Assembly: GCA_963809895.1 (NCBI GenBank) | Contig: CAWELD010000003.1 | Coordinates: 128,001-192,000, forward strand | DNA: 64,000 nt | Direction of reading: 5' to 3' | DNA from: an uncultured Gemmatimonadales bacterium | GTDB taxonomy: Bacteria > Gemmatimonadota > Gemmatimonadetes > Longimicrobiales > Gaopeijiaceae | Shown: piece by piece, positions 52,321-61,340 of the stretch | Position numbering within the stretch: position 1 is the first letter of the stretch | How the letters are laid out: each line of letters opens with the position of its first letter | The notes under the pieces: generated by a model | What the model was told of the DNA's origin: nothing | What the model saw: only the letters and a program-made list of their open reading frames with translations | The model's database searches: none | Program-made: the position numbers and the translations under genes

Positions 52321-52368
52321 CCACAAGATCTAGTGCCCCTATTATGGTCCCGCCCCAAGAACTTGTGG
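52321..52368 (+). promoter_or_regulatory. Tandem NrdR boxes
   Basis: CCACAAGATCTAGTGC (52321) and CCCCAAGAACTTGTGG (52353), 32 bp apart, fit acaCwAtATaTwGtg; degenerate third copy at 52258. Confidence 0.85.
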
Positions 52369-52482
52369 TGCCCTCGAGGACTTTCCACAGGACTTTCCGC
52401 GGCGGAAGCTGTCTTCCGCCGCTTTTCAACGGAGTGTCCCCAGCCTTTCCACCGGGTTTTCCACATTGCCGGAGTGTCTCTG

Positions 52483-55041
52483 ATGCCGTCTGAGTCCCGC
52501 TCGCTGCCGCCGTTCCCCCCCGAGCCCTTCCTGTTCGATGATCGCATTCCCGACGACCTGCCAGACGCGGGTCTGACGGAGAACGCCCGCATCGTCCTGG
52601 CGAAGCGCTACCTCAAGAAGGACGAGGAGGGGAATCCGGTGGAGGAACCGGAGGTGATGTTCTGGCGGGTGGCCAGGGTCATCGCCGATGCGGATCGGGC
52701 CTACGGGGCGTCGGAGGCCGCCGTGGAAGAGGTGGCGCGTCAGTTCTACGGGCTCATGACGTCGGGCACCTTCGAACCCAACTCGCCGACCCTCATGAAC
52801 GCGGGGCGGCCGCTGGGTCAGCTGTCGGCGTGCTTCGTCCTGCCGGTGGACGACGCCCTCTCCAACGGTCGCTCGGGAATCTACGACACCCTCAAGGCCA
52901 TGGCGCTGGTGCATCAGTCCGGCGGCGGCACGGGCTTCTCCTTCTCCCGGCTGCGTCCCGAGGGCGACACGGTGCGCTCCACCATGGGTGTGGCGTCGGG
53001 ACCGGTGTCGTTCATGAGGCTCTACGACGCCTCCACCGAGGTGGTGAAGCAGGGCGGTACCCGCCGGGGCGCCAACATGGGCATCCTGCGGGTGGACCAT
53101 CCGGACATCCGGCGCTTCATCACCTGCAAGGACGACACCTCGCAGGTGACGAACTTCAACATCTCGGTGGCCATGACCGACCGCTTCATGCAGGCGGTCC
53201 AGGACGGGACCGACTACGACCTGCTGAGCCCGCGCAGCGGTGAGGTCGTCGGCCAGGAGAACGCCCGGGAGATCTTCGACCTCATCGTCCACGGAGCCTG
53301 GAAGACCGGCGAGCCCGGCACCTTCTTCATCGACCGGGCCAACGAGTACAACCCGGTCCCGGCGCTGGGAAGCTACGAGGCCACCAATCCCTGTGGCGAA
53401 CAGCCGCTCCTGGCCTACGACGTGTGCAATCTGGGCAGCGTCAACGTGGGGCGTTTCGTGAAGCTGGACGCCCCGTCCGACCTGCCCGCCGAAGAGCGCA
53501 TCGACTGGGAGGAGCTGCGCCGCGTGGTGCACCTGGCGACGCATTTCCTGGACAACGTCATCGACGCCAACCGCTATCCGCTGGAGGAGATCCACCAGCT
53601 CGCCCACACGATCCGCCGGATCGGCCTGGGCATCATGGGCTGGGCCGACATGCTCGTCCGCCTGGGCATCTCCTACAGCAGCGAAGAAGGCGTCGACATG
53701 GGCCGCAAGGTCATGGCCTTCATCAACGAGGAGTCCCGCATCGCCAGCGAGAAGCTGGCCGAGACGCGCGGGGTCTTCCCGGCGTGGGAGGCCTCGATCT
53801 GGGGGCCCGACGACACCTGCGCCCGTCGGTCCGACGGCACTCGGGTGCGCCCGATGCGTCGCATGAGGAACTGCAACCTCACTACCGTGGCACCCACCGG
53901 CACCATCTCCATCTTCGCCGGCTGCTCCGGAGGGATCGAGCCGCTCTTCGCCGTGGCGTTCATGCGCAACCAGGCGGGCTCGCTCATGCCCGACGTCAAT
54001 CCGGACTTCGTGCGCATGGCCAAGGAGCAGGGCTGGTACTCGGAGGCGCTCATGGAGCGTATCGCCGAGGAGGGCCACATCCACTTCGACGCGGTGCCCG
54101 AGGAAGTGCAGCGGGTCTTCGTCACCGCGCACGACATCACGCCCGAGTGGCACGTGCGCATGCAAGCGGCTTTCCAGGAGCACGTGGACTCGGCCATCTC
54201 CAAGACGACGAACTTCGCGCAGGAAGCCACCGAAGACGACGTCCGGGCCATCTACGAGCTCGCGTTCGAGCTGGGCTGCAAGGGCGTGACGGTCTACCGC
54301 GACGGCTCCCGGCCCATGCAGGTGCTCTCCACGGGCAAGACCGGAAAGTCCGAGGTTACCGCCGAGGCGCAGGCCGAAGCCGCCGAGCTCAGCGGCAAGC
54401 TGGCCGAGGTGGAGCAGCTTCTGGCCGATTCCCGCGAGGAGGCGCACCGCCTGCGCGTCGAGCTGTCCGAGATGAGCGCCACGCTCGAAGACCGCGACGT
54501 CACCGCCGGCGCGGGCCGCCACAAGCGGCAGCGCCCGTCCATGCTCCGCGGGCGCACGGTCAAGATGAACTCGCCGCTGGGCGACCTCTACGTCACGGTC
54601 AACGAAGACGAGAACGGCCGGCCCTTCGAGGTGTTCTGCACGCTGGGCAAGGCGGGCGGCGCGGCCATGGCCGACGCCGAGGCCATCGGCCGACTGGTGT
54701 CGCTGGGACTGCGGTCCGGGATCCCCATCATCTCCATCAAGGACCAGCTCCGGGGCATCTCCTGCGACCGCGCGGTGGGCGTGGGCCCCAACAAGGTCCT
54801 GTCGGCCCCCGACGCCATCGGCCAGGCGCTGGAGCGCTATCTGGAGGAGAAGGAAGGCGTCCAGGAAGCGCTGCCCCTGACCGCGCCTCTCGCCAGTGGC
54901 GGGGCCCAGGCTCAGGCCAGCGCTGCTACCTCGCGGCCCGAGAGCTTCTTCGGCTCGTGCCCCGACTGCGGCGCCGGTCAGCTCTCGTACGAAGAGGGCT
55001 GCGTGAAGTGCCACGTGTGCGGCTACAGCGAGTGCGGCTGA
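52483..55041 (+). CDS. nrdJ: Class II (adenosylcobalamin-dependent) ribonucleotide reductase
   Basis: PNSPTLMNAG, LSACFV, TNPCGEQ, CNLGS, APTGTIS, KGVTVYR, TSCPD-like domain, C-terminal Zn ribbon. Confidence 0.97.
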   Translation: MPSESRSLPPFPPEPFLFDDRIPDDLPDAGLTENARIVLAKRYLKKDEEGNPVEEPEVMFWRVARVIADADRAYGASEAAVEEVARQFYGLMTSGTFEPNSPTLMNAGRPLGQLSACFVLPVDDALSNGRSGIYDTLKAMALVHQSGGGTGFSFSRLRPEGDTVRSTMGVASGPVSFMRLYDASTEVVKQGGTRRGANMGILRVDHPDIRRFITCKDDTSQVTNFNISVAMTDRFMQAVQDGTDYDLLSPRSGEVVGQENAREIFDLIVHGAWKTGEPGTFFIDRANEYNPVPALGSYEATNPCGEQPLLAYDVCNLGSVNVGRFVKLDAPSDLPAEERIDWEELRRVVHLATHFLDNVIDANRYPLEEIHQLAHTIRRIGLGIMGWADMLVRLGISYSSEEGVDMGRKVMAFINEESRIASEKLAETRGVFPAWEASIWGPDDTCARRSDGTRVRPMRRMRNCNLTTVAPTGTISIFAGCSGGIEPLFAVAFMRNQAGSLMPDVNPDFVRMAKEQGWYSEALMERIAEEGHIHFDAVPEEVQRVFVTAHDITPEWHVRMQAAFQEHVDSAISKTTNFAQEATEDDVRAIYELAFELGCKGVTVYRDGSRPMQVLSTGKTGKSEVTAEAQAEAAELSGKLAEVEQLLADSREEAHRLRVELSEMSATLEDRDVTAGAGRHKRQRPSMLRGRTVKMNSPLGDLYVTVNEDENGRPFEVFCTLGKAGGAAMADAEAIGRLVSLGLRSGIPIISIKDQLRGISCDRAVGVGPNKVLSAPDAIGQALERYLEEKEGVQEALPLTAPLASGGAQAQASAATSRPESFFGSCPDCGAGQLSYEEGCVKCHVCGYSECG

Positions 55042-55065
55042 GGTCGATCCGCCGCACAGCCTGAG

Positions 55066-55112
55066 CGACGCCCGTCCCGGAGCTGGACTTCGGGGCGGGC
55101 TTCGCGCGTTTC
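55066..55112 (+). terminator. Probable terminator hairpin after nrdJ
   Basis: GCCCGTCCCGGAG...CTTCGGGGCGGGC stem followed by short T runs. Confidence 0.6.
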
Positions 55113-55260
55113 AGCTGAAACGCCCGCGCTGTCGGGGGTGGGCGTTTCCGGGAACCCCGTGTCGCGCATGGCGCGCGCGCCGCGGACCTCGTAAGGTTTT
55201 CGGGACCGTCCTCGCCCGAGGTCGGTGCAGCCCGGATGTCCCTGACCGGTGGGTCCCCGC

Positions 55261-56493
55261 ATGACGAGTCGCGCCGACCTCGAACCCGCCGATGTGGTGC
55301 GCGGACTCTTCCAGTGCATCGAGGAGCGTCGCTGGGACGACGCCTACCGATACATGGACCCCGAGGGCCTCGAGCGGCACTACCTGCAGCGGGCGCGAGA
55401 GGCCGAGACGACCTGGGGCGTTCCGGTCGACACCCCGGAGGACTTTCTCCGCAACGACCCCGGCATGCCGGAGGAGGTCGCGCGATCACTGGCCGAGTCG
55501 TCACGAAGGCGCCGGGAGCGTCTGGAGCACCAACGGCGGCTGCACGGATGGCCCCCGACTCTGGCGGAGCTCGAGGCCATGACCCCGGCGCAGGTGCTGG
55601 GCCTCGCCCTGAAGGCGGCAGACCGTCACGAGCACGTGGGAGCGGGCGAGAGCCCTCCCGAGCCTGACCCGTTCGATGACGACGAGGCCAGGCCCCACCA
55701 TCGGAGGGACGTGGTCGGCGAGGTCGTGCGGGAGCGCAGGGCGTGGGTGGTGTACCTGTCCTACTGGTTGGGGCCGCGCCTCGTCAGCCTGCGTCGTTCC
55801 GATGCTGGATGGGGGGTGCTCCCCTTCGGTGAGGTCTTCGGGCAGAGCTTCTCAGCGAGGCCGGCGGTAGTCGGCGAAGGTATGCATCGCGTGCCTCTGC
55901 CGGTGAGCCAGCCGCCCTGGTCCAGCCGTCGCTTCGAGCAGCAGCTTTCCGTGGAGTTGTTTCCGGCCGTGCTGGAGCGTTTCCGTGGCGCACCCGACCG
56001 TGCGCGTCTCGTGATCCAGGAGACGCTGCCCTGGCTCCGGACCGTGCGGCCCGACGGTCAGTGGTCGATCCAGGAGCATCTCGGGCACCTCCTGGATCTC
56101 GAGGAGTTGGGGGTTCGCAGGCTGGCCAGCTACGAGGAAGGGGCCGACGTGCTGGAGGCCGCCGACAAGACGAACCGCCGCACCCACGAGGCGGATCACA
56201 ACCGGTCCGACCCCAGGGAGCTGTTGGCTCGTTTTCGCCAGGTCCGGATGGAGCTGGTCGCGGCGCTGGCGCGGCTACCGCGGGCTACGCTGGCGCACGC
56301 CGCCCTCCATCCGCGCCTCCAGCGCCGCATGAACGTCGTGGAGTGGGTTCACTTCATGTGTGAGCACGACGACCATCACCTGGCGCGCATGCGGGAGATC
56401 GCCGTCGAGCTCATGGCCCGATGGCGAGCGACACGCCTCTCCGCGGGAGACCGCTCGAACGCCGGACGGGAGGGCGCCCCCGACATCGGTTGA
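55261..56493 (+). CDS. Unknown N-terminal domain fused to a DinB_2 domain
   Basis: WSIQEHLGHL and HDDHHL DinB metal-binding His motifs in the C-terminal half. Confidence 0.8.
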   Translation: MTSRADLEPADVVRGLFQCIEERRWDDAYRYMDPEGLERHYLQRAREAETTWGVPVDTPEDFLRNDPGMPEEVARSLAESSRRRRERLEHQRRLHGWPPTLAELEAMTPAQVLGLALKAADRHEHVGAGESPPEPDPFDDDEARPHHRRDVVGEVVRERRAWVVYLSYWLGPRLVSLRRSDAGWGVLPFGEVFGQSFSARPAVVGEGMHRVPLPVSQPPWSSRRFEQQLSVELFPAVLERFRGAPDRARLVIQETLPWLRTVRPDGQWSIQEHLGHLLDLEELGVRRLASYEEGADVLEAADKTNRRTHEADHNRSDPRELLARFRQVRMELVAALARLPRATLAHAALHPRLQRRMNVVEWVHFMCEHDDHHLARMREIAVELMARWRATRLSAGDRSNAGREGAPDIG

Positions 56494-56520
56494 CCGCCGG
56501 ACCTCCGCGGTCCCCGCTGG

Positions 56521-57264
56521 CTATGGCAGCAGGGTCAGATCCGAGCGCAGCAGCCACAGCTCACTGTGGGCCCGCACGTCCGACGAGCCCGCGAGGGCCC
56601 GGCGAATCGCTCGCGCCGGATCCGTCGCCGGGTCGTCGAGGCTGGCCAGGCTCGGTCTCCACACCATCACCGTCACCTGGCCGTCGGCCGTGCCCACGGA
56701 GCTGGTGTACACCGTGTAGGGCAGGAGGCCGGCGCCCGGGGCGTCTCGTTTCACCGTGGCAAGCGCTGCTTTGAAGTCGGCCTCGGCCTCGGGGGCCACG
56801 GTGTAGGTGACCACCTGCGCCAAGGGCGGTGGTACCTCCCGCGCCTCCAGCGGTCCTGCGGTGCTCAGGTCGAGCCGGGCCCGCACTGCCCAGCGTCCGG
56901 TGGCTCGCGCATGGTCCGCGAACGAGCGGGCGGCGTGGGCTGCATCCGCGGCCGGGTCCACGCGGCGGTCCAACGCCTCGAACGAAATGCCGAAGGTGCC
57001 GTCCACGAACTCGCCCAGTCTCTGCCCGGCGATGACGTCCCACCCGTACCAGGGCAGCGAATCCCGTCTCGCTCGGTGCCATTGGAGGTGGGCACGATAC
57101 CCCTCGTCGAAGCTCGGCCGTTCACCCTGGTGGGGCCGGTAGGAGAAGAACATGCCGCCAACACCCTGGCCGTGGATCGGGGCGGGCGTGAGCACTACCA
57201 GGACGGCCAGGCAGAGCCCGGCGGGGGTGAGGCCGGTCCGACGCTCTGGCAATGATCGTCGCAT
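56521..57264 (-). CDS. Exported hypothetical protein (two NIPSNAP/dimeric alpha-beta-barrel-like repeats)
   Basis: Signal peptide; two similar halves each ending R.DL[ST]; divergent from LysR. Confidence 0.75.
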   Translation of the reverse strand: MRRSLPERRTGLTPAGLCLAVLVVLTPAPIHGQGVGGMFFSYRPHQGERPSFDEGYRAHLQWHRARRDSLPWYGWDVIAGQRLGEFVDGTFGISFEALDRRVDPAADAAHAARSFADHARATGRWAVRARLDLSTAGPLEAREVPPPLAQVVTYTVAPEAEADFKAALATVKRDAPGAGLLPYTVYTSSVGTADGQVTVMVWRPSLASLDDPATDPARAIRRALAGSSDVRAHSELWLLRSDLTLLP

Positions 57265-57336
57265 GGAGGGATTCTCGGGTTTGGAGGGCAGGCTTGCGGA
57301 GGTGTCAGGACCGCCAGATAATGGGCGTATATAGAA

Positions 57337-57366
57337 ATAAGTTGGCCAATTTATCAATTCCATAAA
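57337..57366. promoter_or_regulatory. LysR-type binding site(s)
   Basis: TTTAT-N7-ATAAA (57350-57366, contains T-N11-A) and ATAAgTTGGCCAAtTTAT in an AT-rich divergent intergenic region. Confidence 0.7.
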
Positions 57367-58292
57367 TGGATCCTATGGAAACCGCGGGCCCGGAACTCCC
57401 CTACCTCGAAGTCTTCCGGGCCGTGTGCCACGAGGGAGGATTCACCGCCGCGGCCCGGCGTCTGGGATGTAGCCAGCCGGCGGTGTCGTACCAGATCCGC
57501 AAGCTGGAGGAGATCGTGGGCCTCGAGCTGGTGGAACGGGACGGTCGCCGCCTGGTGCTGACACCGGCCGGACGGCGATTCCGGGTGCTGGCCGACGACG
57601 TCTTCGCCGAGCTCGCCAGGGTGCGGCGTGAGTGCGTTGCGGGACGACGCCTGGAACCGCTCCGCTTGGGCTCGGTGAGCGGGTTCGGGCGGTATGTGGT
57701 GATGCCGGCACTCCATCGACTTCGAGCCGAGGAGGAGGGCGATGGGCCCGAGGTCCGCCTGCAGTACGAGGCCGCCGACGTCCTCCTCGAGCGTCTGGAA
57801 GAAGGCGCGTACGAAGGCGCATTCGTCTACAAGCGAAGGATCACCAGCGGCGTGAGCTTCCGGCGCGTGTACGACGAGGAACTGGTCCTCGTCGCCAGTC
57901 GGGAACGAGCGGTGGAGGTCCGAGCGGGCGGTCTCGACCGCGTGGCGACGTTCGAGGCGGCGCCCTTCGTCACCTACGAGGAGTGCGACTACGTGTTCGG
58001 CCGCTGGTTCGACGAGACCTTCGGCGTCCAGCCGTCGCGGATCCTGAGCCGCTCCCACTTCACCGAGTTGGAGGAAGTCCTGGACTTCGTGTCCGCGGGC
58101 GCCGGGCTGTCGGTGGTGCCGAGGGATTCTGCCGAGGCCTGGTGTGCGCGGGACGAGGTCGAGATCCTCTACGCGGGTTCCGGGAATCCCTGCCTCAACC
58201 GGGTCTTTCTCGCCACGCGGCCGGGCTCCGAGGTGCGGCCGCTGCTCCGCCGTCTCGTGGAGTTGCTCGGAAGCGGACCGCGTCCAGGCTGA
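57366..58292 (+). CDS. LysR-family transcriptional regulator
   Basis: FTAAARRLGCSQPAVSYQIRKLE, LTPAG. Confidence 0.95.
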   Translation: MDPMETAGPELPYLEVFRAVCHEGGFTAAARRLGCSQPAVSYQIRKLEEIVGLELVERDGRRLVLTPAGRRFRVLADDVFAELARVRRECVAGRRLEPLRLGSVSGFGRYVVMPALHRLRAEEEGDGPEVRLQYEAADVLLERLEEGAYEGAFVYKRRITSGVSFRRVYDEELVLVASRERAVEVRAGGLDRVATFEAAPFVTYEECDYVFGRWFDETFGVQPSRILSRSHFTELEEVLDFVSAGAGLSVVPRDSAEAWCARDEVEILYAGSGNPCLNRVFLATRPGSEVRPLLRRLVELLGSGPRPG

Positions 58293-58370
58293 ACCCGGCT
58301 GGGCCGTCACCCAACCCGATCCGCGCCTCTCCAGGGGACGCGCCTTTCCACTGCTTCCAGGAACGCCATC

Positions 58371-59798
58371 GTGCCCGCAGCCCCGATCCTGCCTCGTCGC
58401 GAAGAGCTGACTCCCGTGCTGGAACGGGTGATGGCGGACGCGCTCCGGTATCTTTCGGACCTCGACGAGCGGCCCGTCCTCGACCCCGCCGCCGGCGAGG
58501 TCATGCGGACTTTCCGTCGTCCGTTGCCCGCAGACGGCGTGGGCGCGGCCGAGGCGCTGCGGGAGCTCCTCGAGAGAGGCCTCGACGCCACCGCCGCCAC
58601 CTCCGGGCCGCGCTTCTTCCACTGGGTCACGGGGGGCACGACTCCCGCGGCGTTGGGCGCGGATTGGGTCACCGGCGTTCTGGATCAGCAGGGCTATGCC
58701 TGGTACGGGTCACCCCTGGCCGTGGAGCTGGAGGTGTTGTCGCTGGATTGGCTCAAGGAGCTGTTCGGCCTCCCCGCGGCCTGGACGGGCATCACCACGA
58801 CCGGTGCCAGCATGGCGAACTTCGTGGGCCTGGGAGCCGCTCGGCAGTGGTGGGGGCACCGACAAGGGAGTGACGTGGCGCAGGATGGACTCACCGGCCT
58901 GCCTGCCATGCCCGTGTTCTGTGGTGGCTACATCCACGCCAGTGCGGTGAAGGTGCTGGCGCTGCTGGGCACCGGCCGGTCCGGGGTGCGGCGACTCGTG
59001 CGCGACGACGTCGGGAGGATCGATCTCGCCGCCGTCGAGGCCGAGTTGAAGGCCCTGGACGGCTCGCCGGCCATCCTCGTCGCGGGGGCCGGCGAGGTCA
59101 ACGCCGGCGAGTTCGATCCCATCGACGCCATGGCCGACCTCGCCGAGGAGTACGGCGCGTGGTTGCACGTGGACGGCGCCTTCGGACTCTTCGCCGCCCT
59201 CTCGCCGCGTACCGCCCACCTCGTGAAGGGAGTCGAGCGAGCGCACTCCGTCACGGTCGACGGCCACAAGTGGTTGAACGTGCCCTACGATTGCGGGTTC
59301 GCCTTCGTGCACCACCGGCGCTGGATGGCCGAGACGTTCGCCTACGACGCCGAGTACCTCTTCGATCCCTCCGACCCGCATCCCGTCATGGGAGGGCTGG
59401 GGCCCGAAAGCTCACGCAGGGCTCGGTCGCTGGCGGTGTGGGCGACCCTGCGAGCCTACGGGCGCGAAGGCTACCGGAGCATGGTGGAGGATCACCTGGA
59501 TCTGGCCCGGGACCTCGCGGAGCTGGTCGATGCGGCGCCGGAGCTCGAGCGCCTGGCCGACGTCCCCCTCAACATCGTGTGCTTCCGCTTCAACCCCGGC
59601 ACCGTGCCCGACGACGAGCTGGATGCGCTGAACCGCGCGCTGGGGCAGCGGATCCTCGACGATGGTCGGGTCTTCGCCGGAACCACCCGCTACGCCGGGC
59701 GGGTGGCGCTGCGCCCCTGCATCGTGAATTGGCGGACGCGAGCGGACGACGTGGCCTTCTTCGTCGAGGTCGTGCGGGAGCTCGCCGCCGGGCTGTAA
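58371..59798 (+). CDS. Group II PLP-dependent (aromatic amino acid-type) decarboxylase
   Basis: PRFFHWV, WLHVDGAFG, DGHKWLNVPYDCG, SRRAR. Confidence 0.93.
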   Translation: MPAAPILPRREELTPVLERVMADALRYLSDLDERPVLDPAAGEVMRTFRRPLPADGVGAAEALRELLERGLDATAATSGPRFFHWVTGGTTPAALGADWVTGVLDQQGYAWYGSPLAVELEVLSLDWLKELFGLPAAWTGITTTGASMANFVGLGAARQWWGHRQGSDVAQDGLTGLPAMPVFCGGYIHASAVKVLALLGTGRSGVRRLVRDDVGRIDLAAVEAELKALDGSPAILVAGAGEVNAGEFDPIDAMADLAEEYGAWLHVDGAFGLFAALSPRTAHLVKGVERAHSVTVDGHKWLNVPYDCGFAFVHHRRWMAETFAYDAEYLFDPSDPHPVMGGLGPESSRRARSLAVWATLRAYGREGYRSMVEDHLDLARDLAELVDAAPELERLADVPLNIVCFRFNPGTVPDDELDALNRALGQRILDDGRVFAGTTRYAGRVALRPCIVNWRTRADDVAFFVEVVRELAAGL

Positions 59799-59819
59799 TC
59801 CCCTACCCGAGAAGGGTGC

Positions 59820-59863
59820 TGCGACGCCTCTGAGATGTTCGTGAGACGTCGTGCGCGAATCCT
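59820..59863 (+). promoter_or_regulatory. SARP-type heptamer direct repeats plus putative -10
   Basis: TGCGACG (59820), TGAGATG (59831), TGAGACG (59842) at 11-bp period; AATCCT 9 nt downstream. Confidence 0.7.
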
Positions 59864-59901
59864 GTCAGGCCCTGGAACCCTCACCCTGACCGGAGGCAGC
59901 C

Positions 59902-61230
59902 ATGCCCGACGACCACGACATCGCGACGCTTCAGGACCTGGAGTGCTGCCCGAAGCTCGCCAAGGTGCCCACCTGCGACGTCCTCGACTTCCGCTACCGG
60001 CTTCCGTGGCGGCGGCAGGAGGGCCGTGTGGACGTGATCCTCCACTTCCGCCTGGAGCGATGCTCGGGACCCCTGGCGCTGGGGGACCTGGCGTACAGCA
60101 CCACGCTGTTCCCGGGCGAGCGCGTGCGCCTGTTCACCAGCGACCGGCACACGCGTTGGACCTACGATTCCGAGACGGAGCTGGCGTACCGCCACGAGAC
60201 CACCTCGGAGGAATCCTTCTACACCTTCGGCATGGCCCGCGCCATGAGCGACCTCTCCATCAGCGAGTCGGGGAGCTCGTCGAGCAGCCACGACGAGGAC
60301 TGGGCCTCGGGTGGCGGAGGCGCGTCGTTCAGCTTCCTCGGCATCATCAACATCGGTGGCGGAGGTGGAGGCGGAAGCTACGACGCCGATTCCAGCAGCC
60401 AGTTCGCCCGCAACCTGTCGCGCCACGCCGAGTCCTCGTCGAGCTACGTGGCCGCGGGCGTCCGCGCTCAGAGCACCACGTCGGTGGGCGAGGTTCAGCA
60501 ACGCAGCCACGCGGAAGGCGAATCGGAGTCCCACCTGGAGTCCGCGTCGCGGGTCTTCAGCAATCCCAACCGCTGCCACGCCGTCACCTACCTGTTCTAC
60601 AAGCTCATCAAGCAGCAGACCATCCGCTTCAGACTGGTGGCCATCGAGCGCGTGTTGGCCGATCCCTCCGCTCCCACGGCGCCGGATCGCACGCTCAAGC
60701 CCGACGTCGCAGGTGCCGTGGCGGTCCGTCCCCAGGCCGTGCTCGCCACCGCCAAGGATCGCGTGGAGGTGGAGCGGGTGGCCCGGGTGGCCGCGGCCGA
60801 GCGTCGCCAGGCGAGCCTGGGCCTGACCAGCGATGCCGTCGCGTTCGCCGGGGCGTCGCTGCGAGCCAACGCCTTTGCCGGTGAGCCGGCATCGGCGGCC
60901 GCGCGGGCCAAGGCCCTCGAGGCGGTGGACAAGGAGCTCGCCAAGGCCGGCCTGATCGACCGCGAAACCGGCGAGCCCACCGAGAAGATCATCGCCGACC
61001 TGTCGTGGGAGCGGGAGGAATGGCTCCCCACGCCGGGGCTCCTGGTAAAGGGGTGTCTGGACGCGTGCGGCACGTGCGAGCCGGCGCTGAAGAAGCAGAT
61101 CGAGCAGGAGCTGGAGCATCAGCGGCTCGAGAACGAGCTGCTCAAGCGCCAGATCGAGCTGCTGGACCAGGCCCAGGAGTATCGTTGCTGCCCCTCCGAC
61201 GAGGAGGAGGACACCGACGGCGATCACTGA
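59902..61230 (+). CDS. Hypothetical Cys-rich protein with long Ser/Gly-rich hairpin-like core (candidate beta-pore former)
   Basis: GGAGG SD and strongly coding composition; function not recognised. Confidence 0.85.
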   Translation: MPDDHDIATLQDLECCPKLAKVPTCDVLDFRYRLPWRRQEGRVDVILHFRLERCSGPLALGDLAYSTTLFPGERVRLFTSDRHTRWTYDSETELAYRHETTSEESFYTFGMARAMSDLSISESGSSSSSHDEDWASGGGGASFSFLGIINIGGGGGGGSYDADSSSQFARNLSRHAESSSSYVAAGVRAQSTTSVGEVQQRSHAEGESESHLESASRVFSNPNRCHAVTYLFYKLIKQQTIRFRLVAIERVLADPSAPTAPDRTLKPDVAGAVAVRPQAVLATAKDRVEVERVARVAAAERRQASLGLTSDAVAFAGASLRANAFAGEPASAAARAKALEAVDKELAKAGLIDRETGEPTEKIIADLSWEREEWLPTPGLLVKGCLDACGTCEPALKKQIEQELEHQRLENELLKRQIELLDQAQEYRCCPSDEEEDTDGDH

Positions 61231-61244
61231 TCCTCCGTCTCGAA

Positions 61245-61314
61245 CCGGGCGGTCTTCGAGGGCCGCCCGTGCACCGAGCCCCCGGCAGCCGCGTCCGGCC
61301 GCCGGGGGCTCGGT
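61245..61314. terminator. Paired hairpins between convergent genes
   Basis: CGGGCGG...CCGCCCG and ACCGAGCCCCCGGC...GCCGGGGGCTCGGT stems. Confidence 0.65.
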
Positions 61315-61340
61315 CTTCCCGCCCGGGCTGGTGCGCCGGG

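Noticed and set aside
52483..55041. Intein or intron in nrdJ
   Set aside because: Catalytic motifs are contiguous; no splice-junction or homing-endonuclease insert
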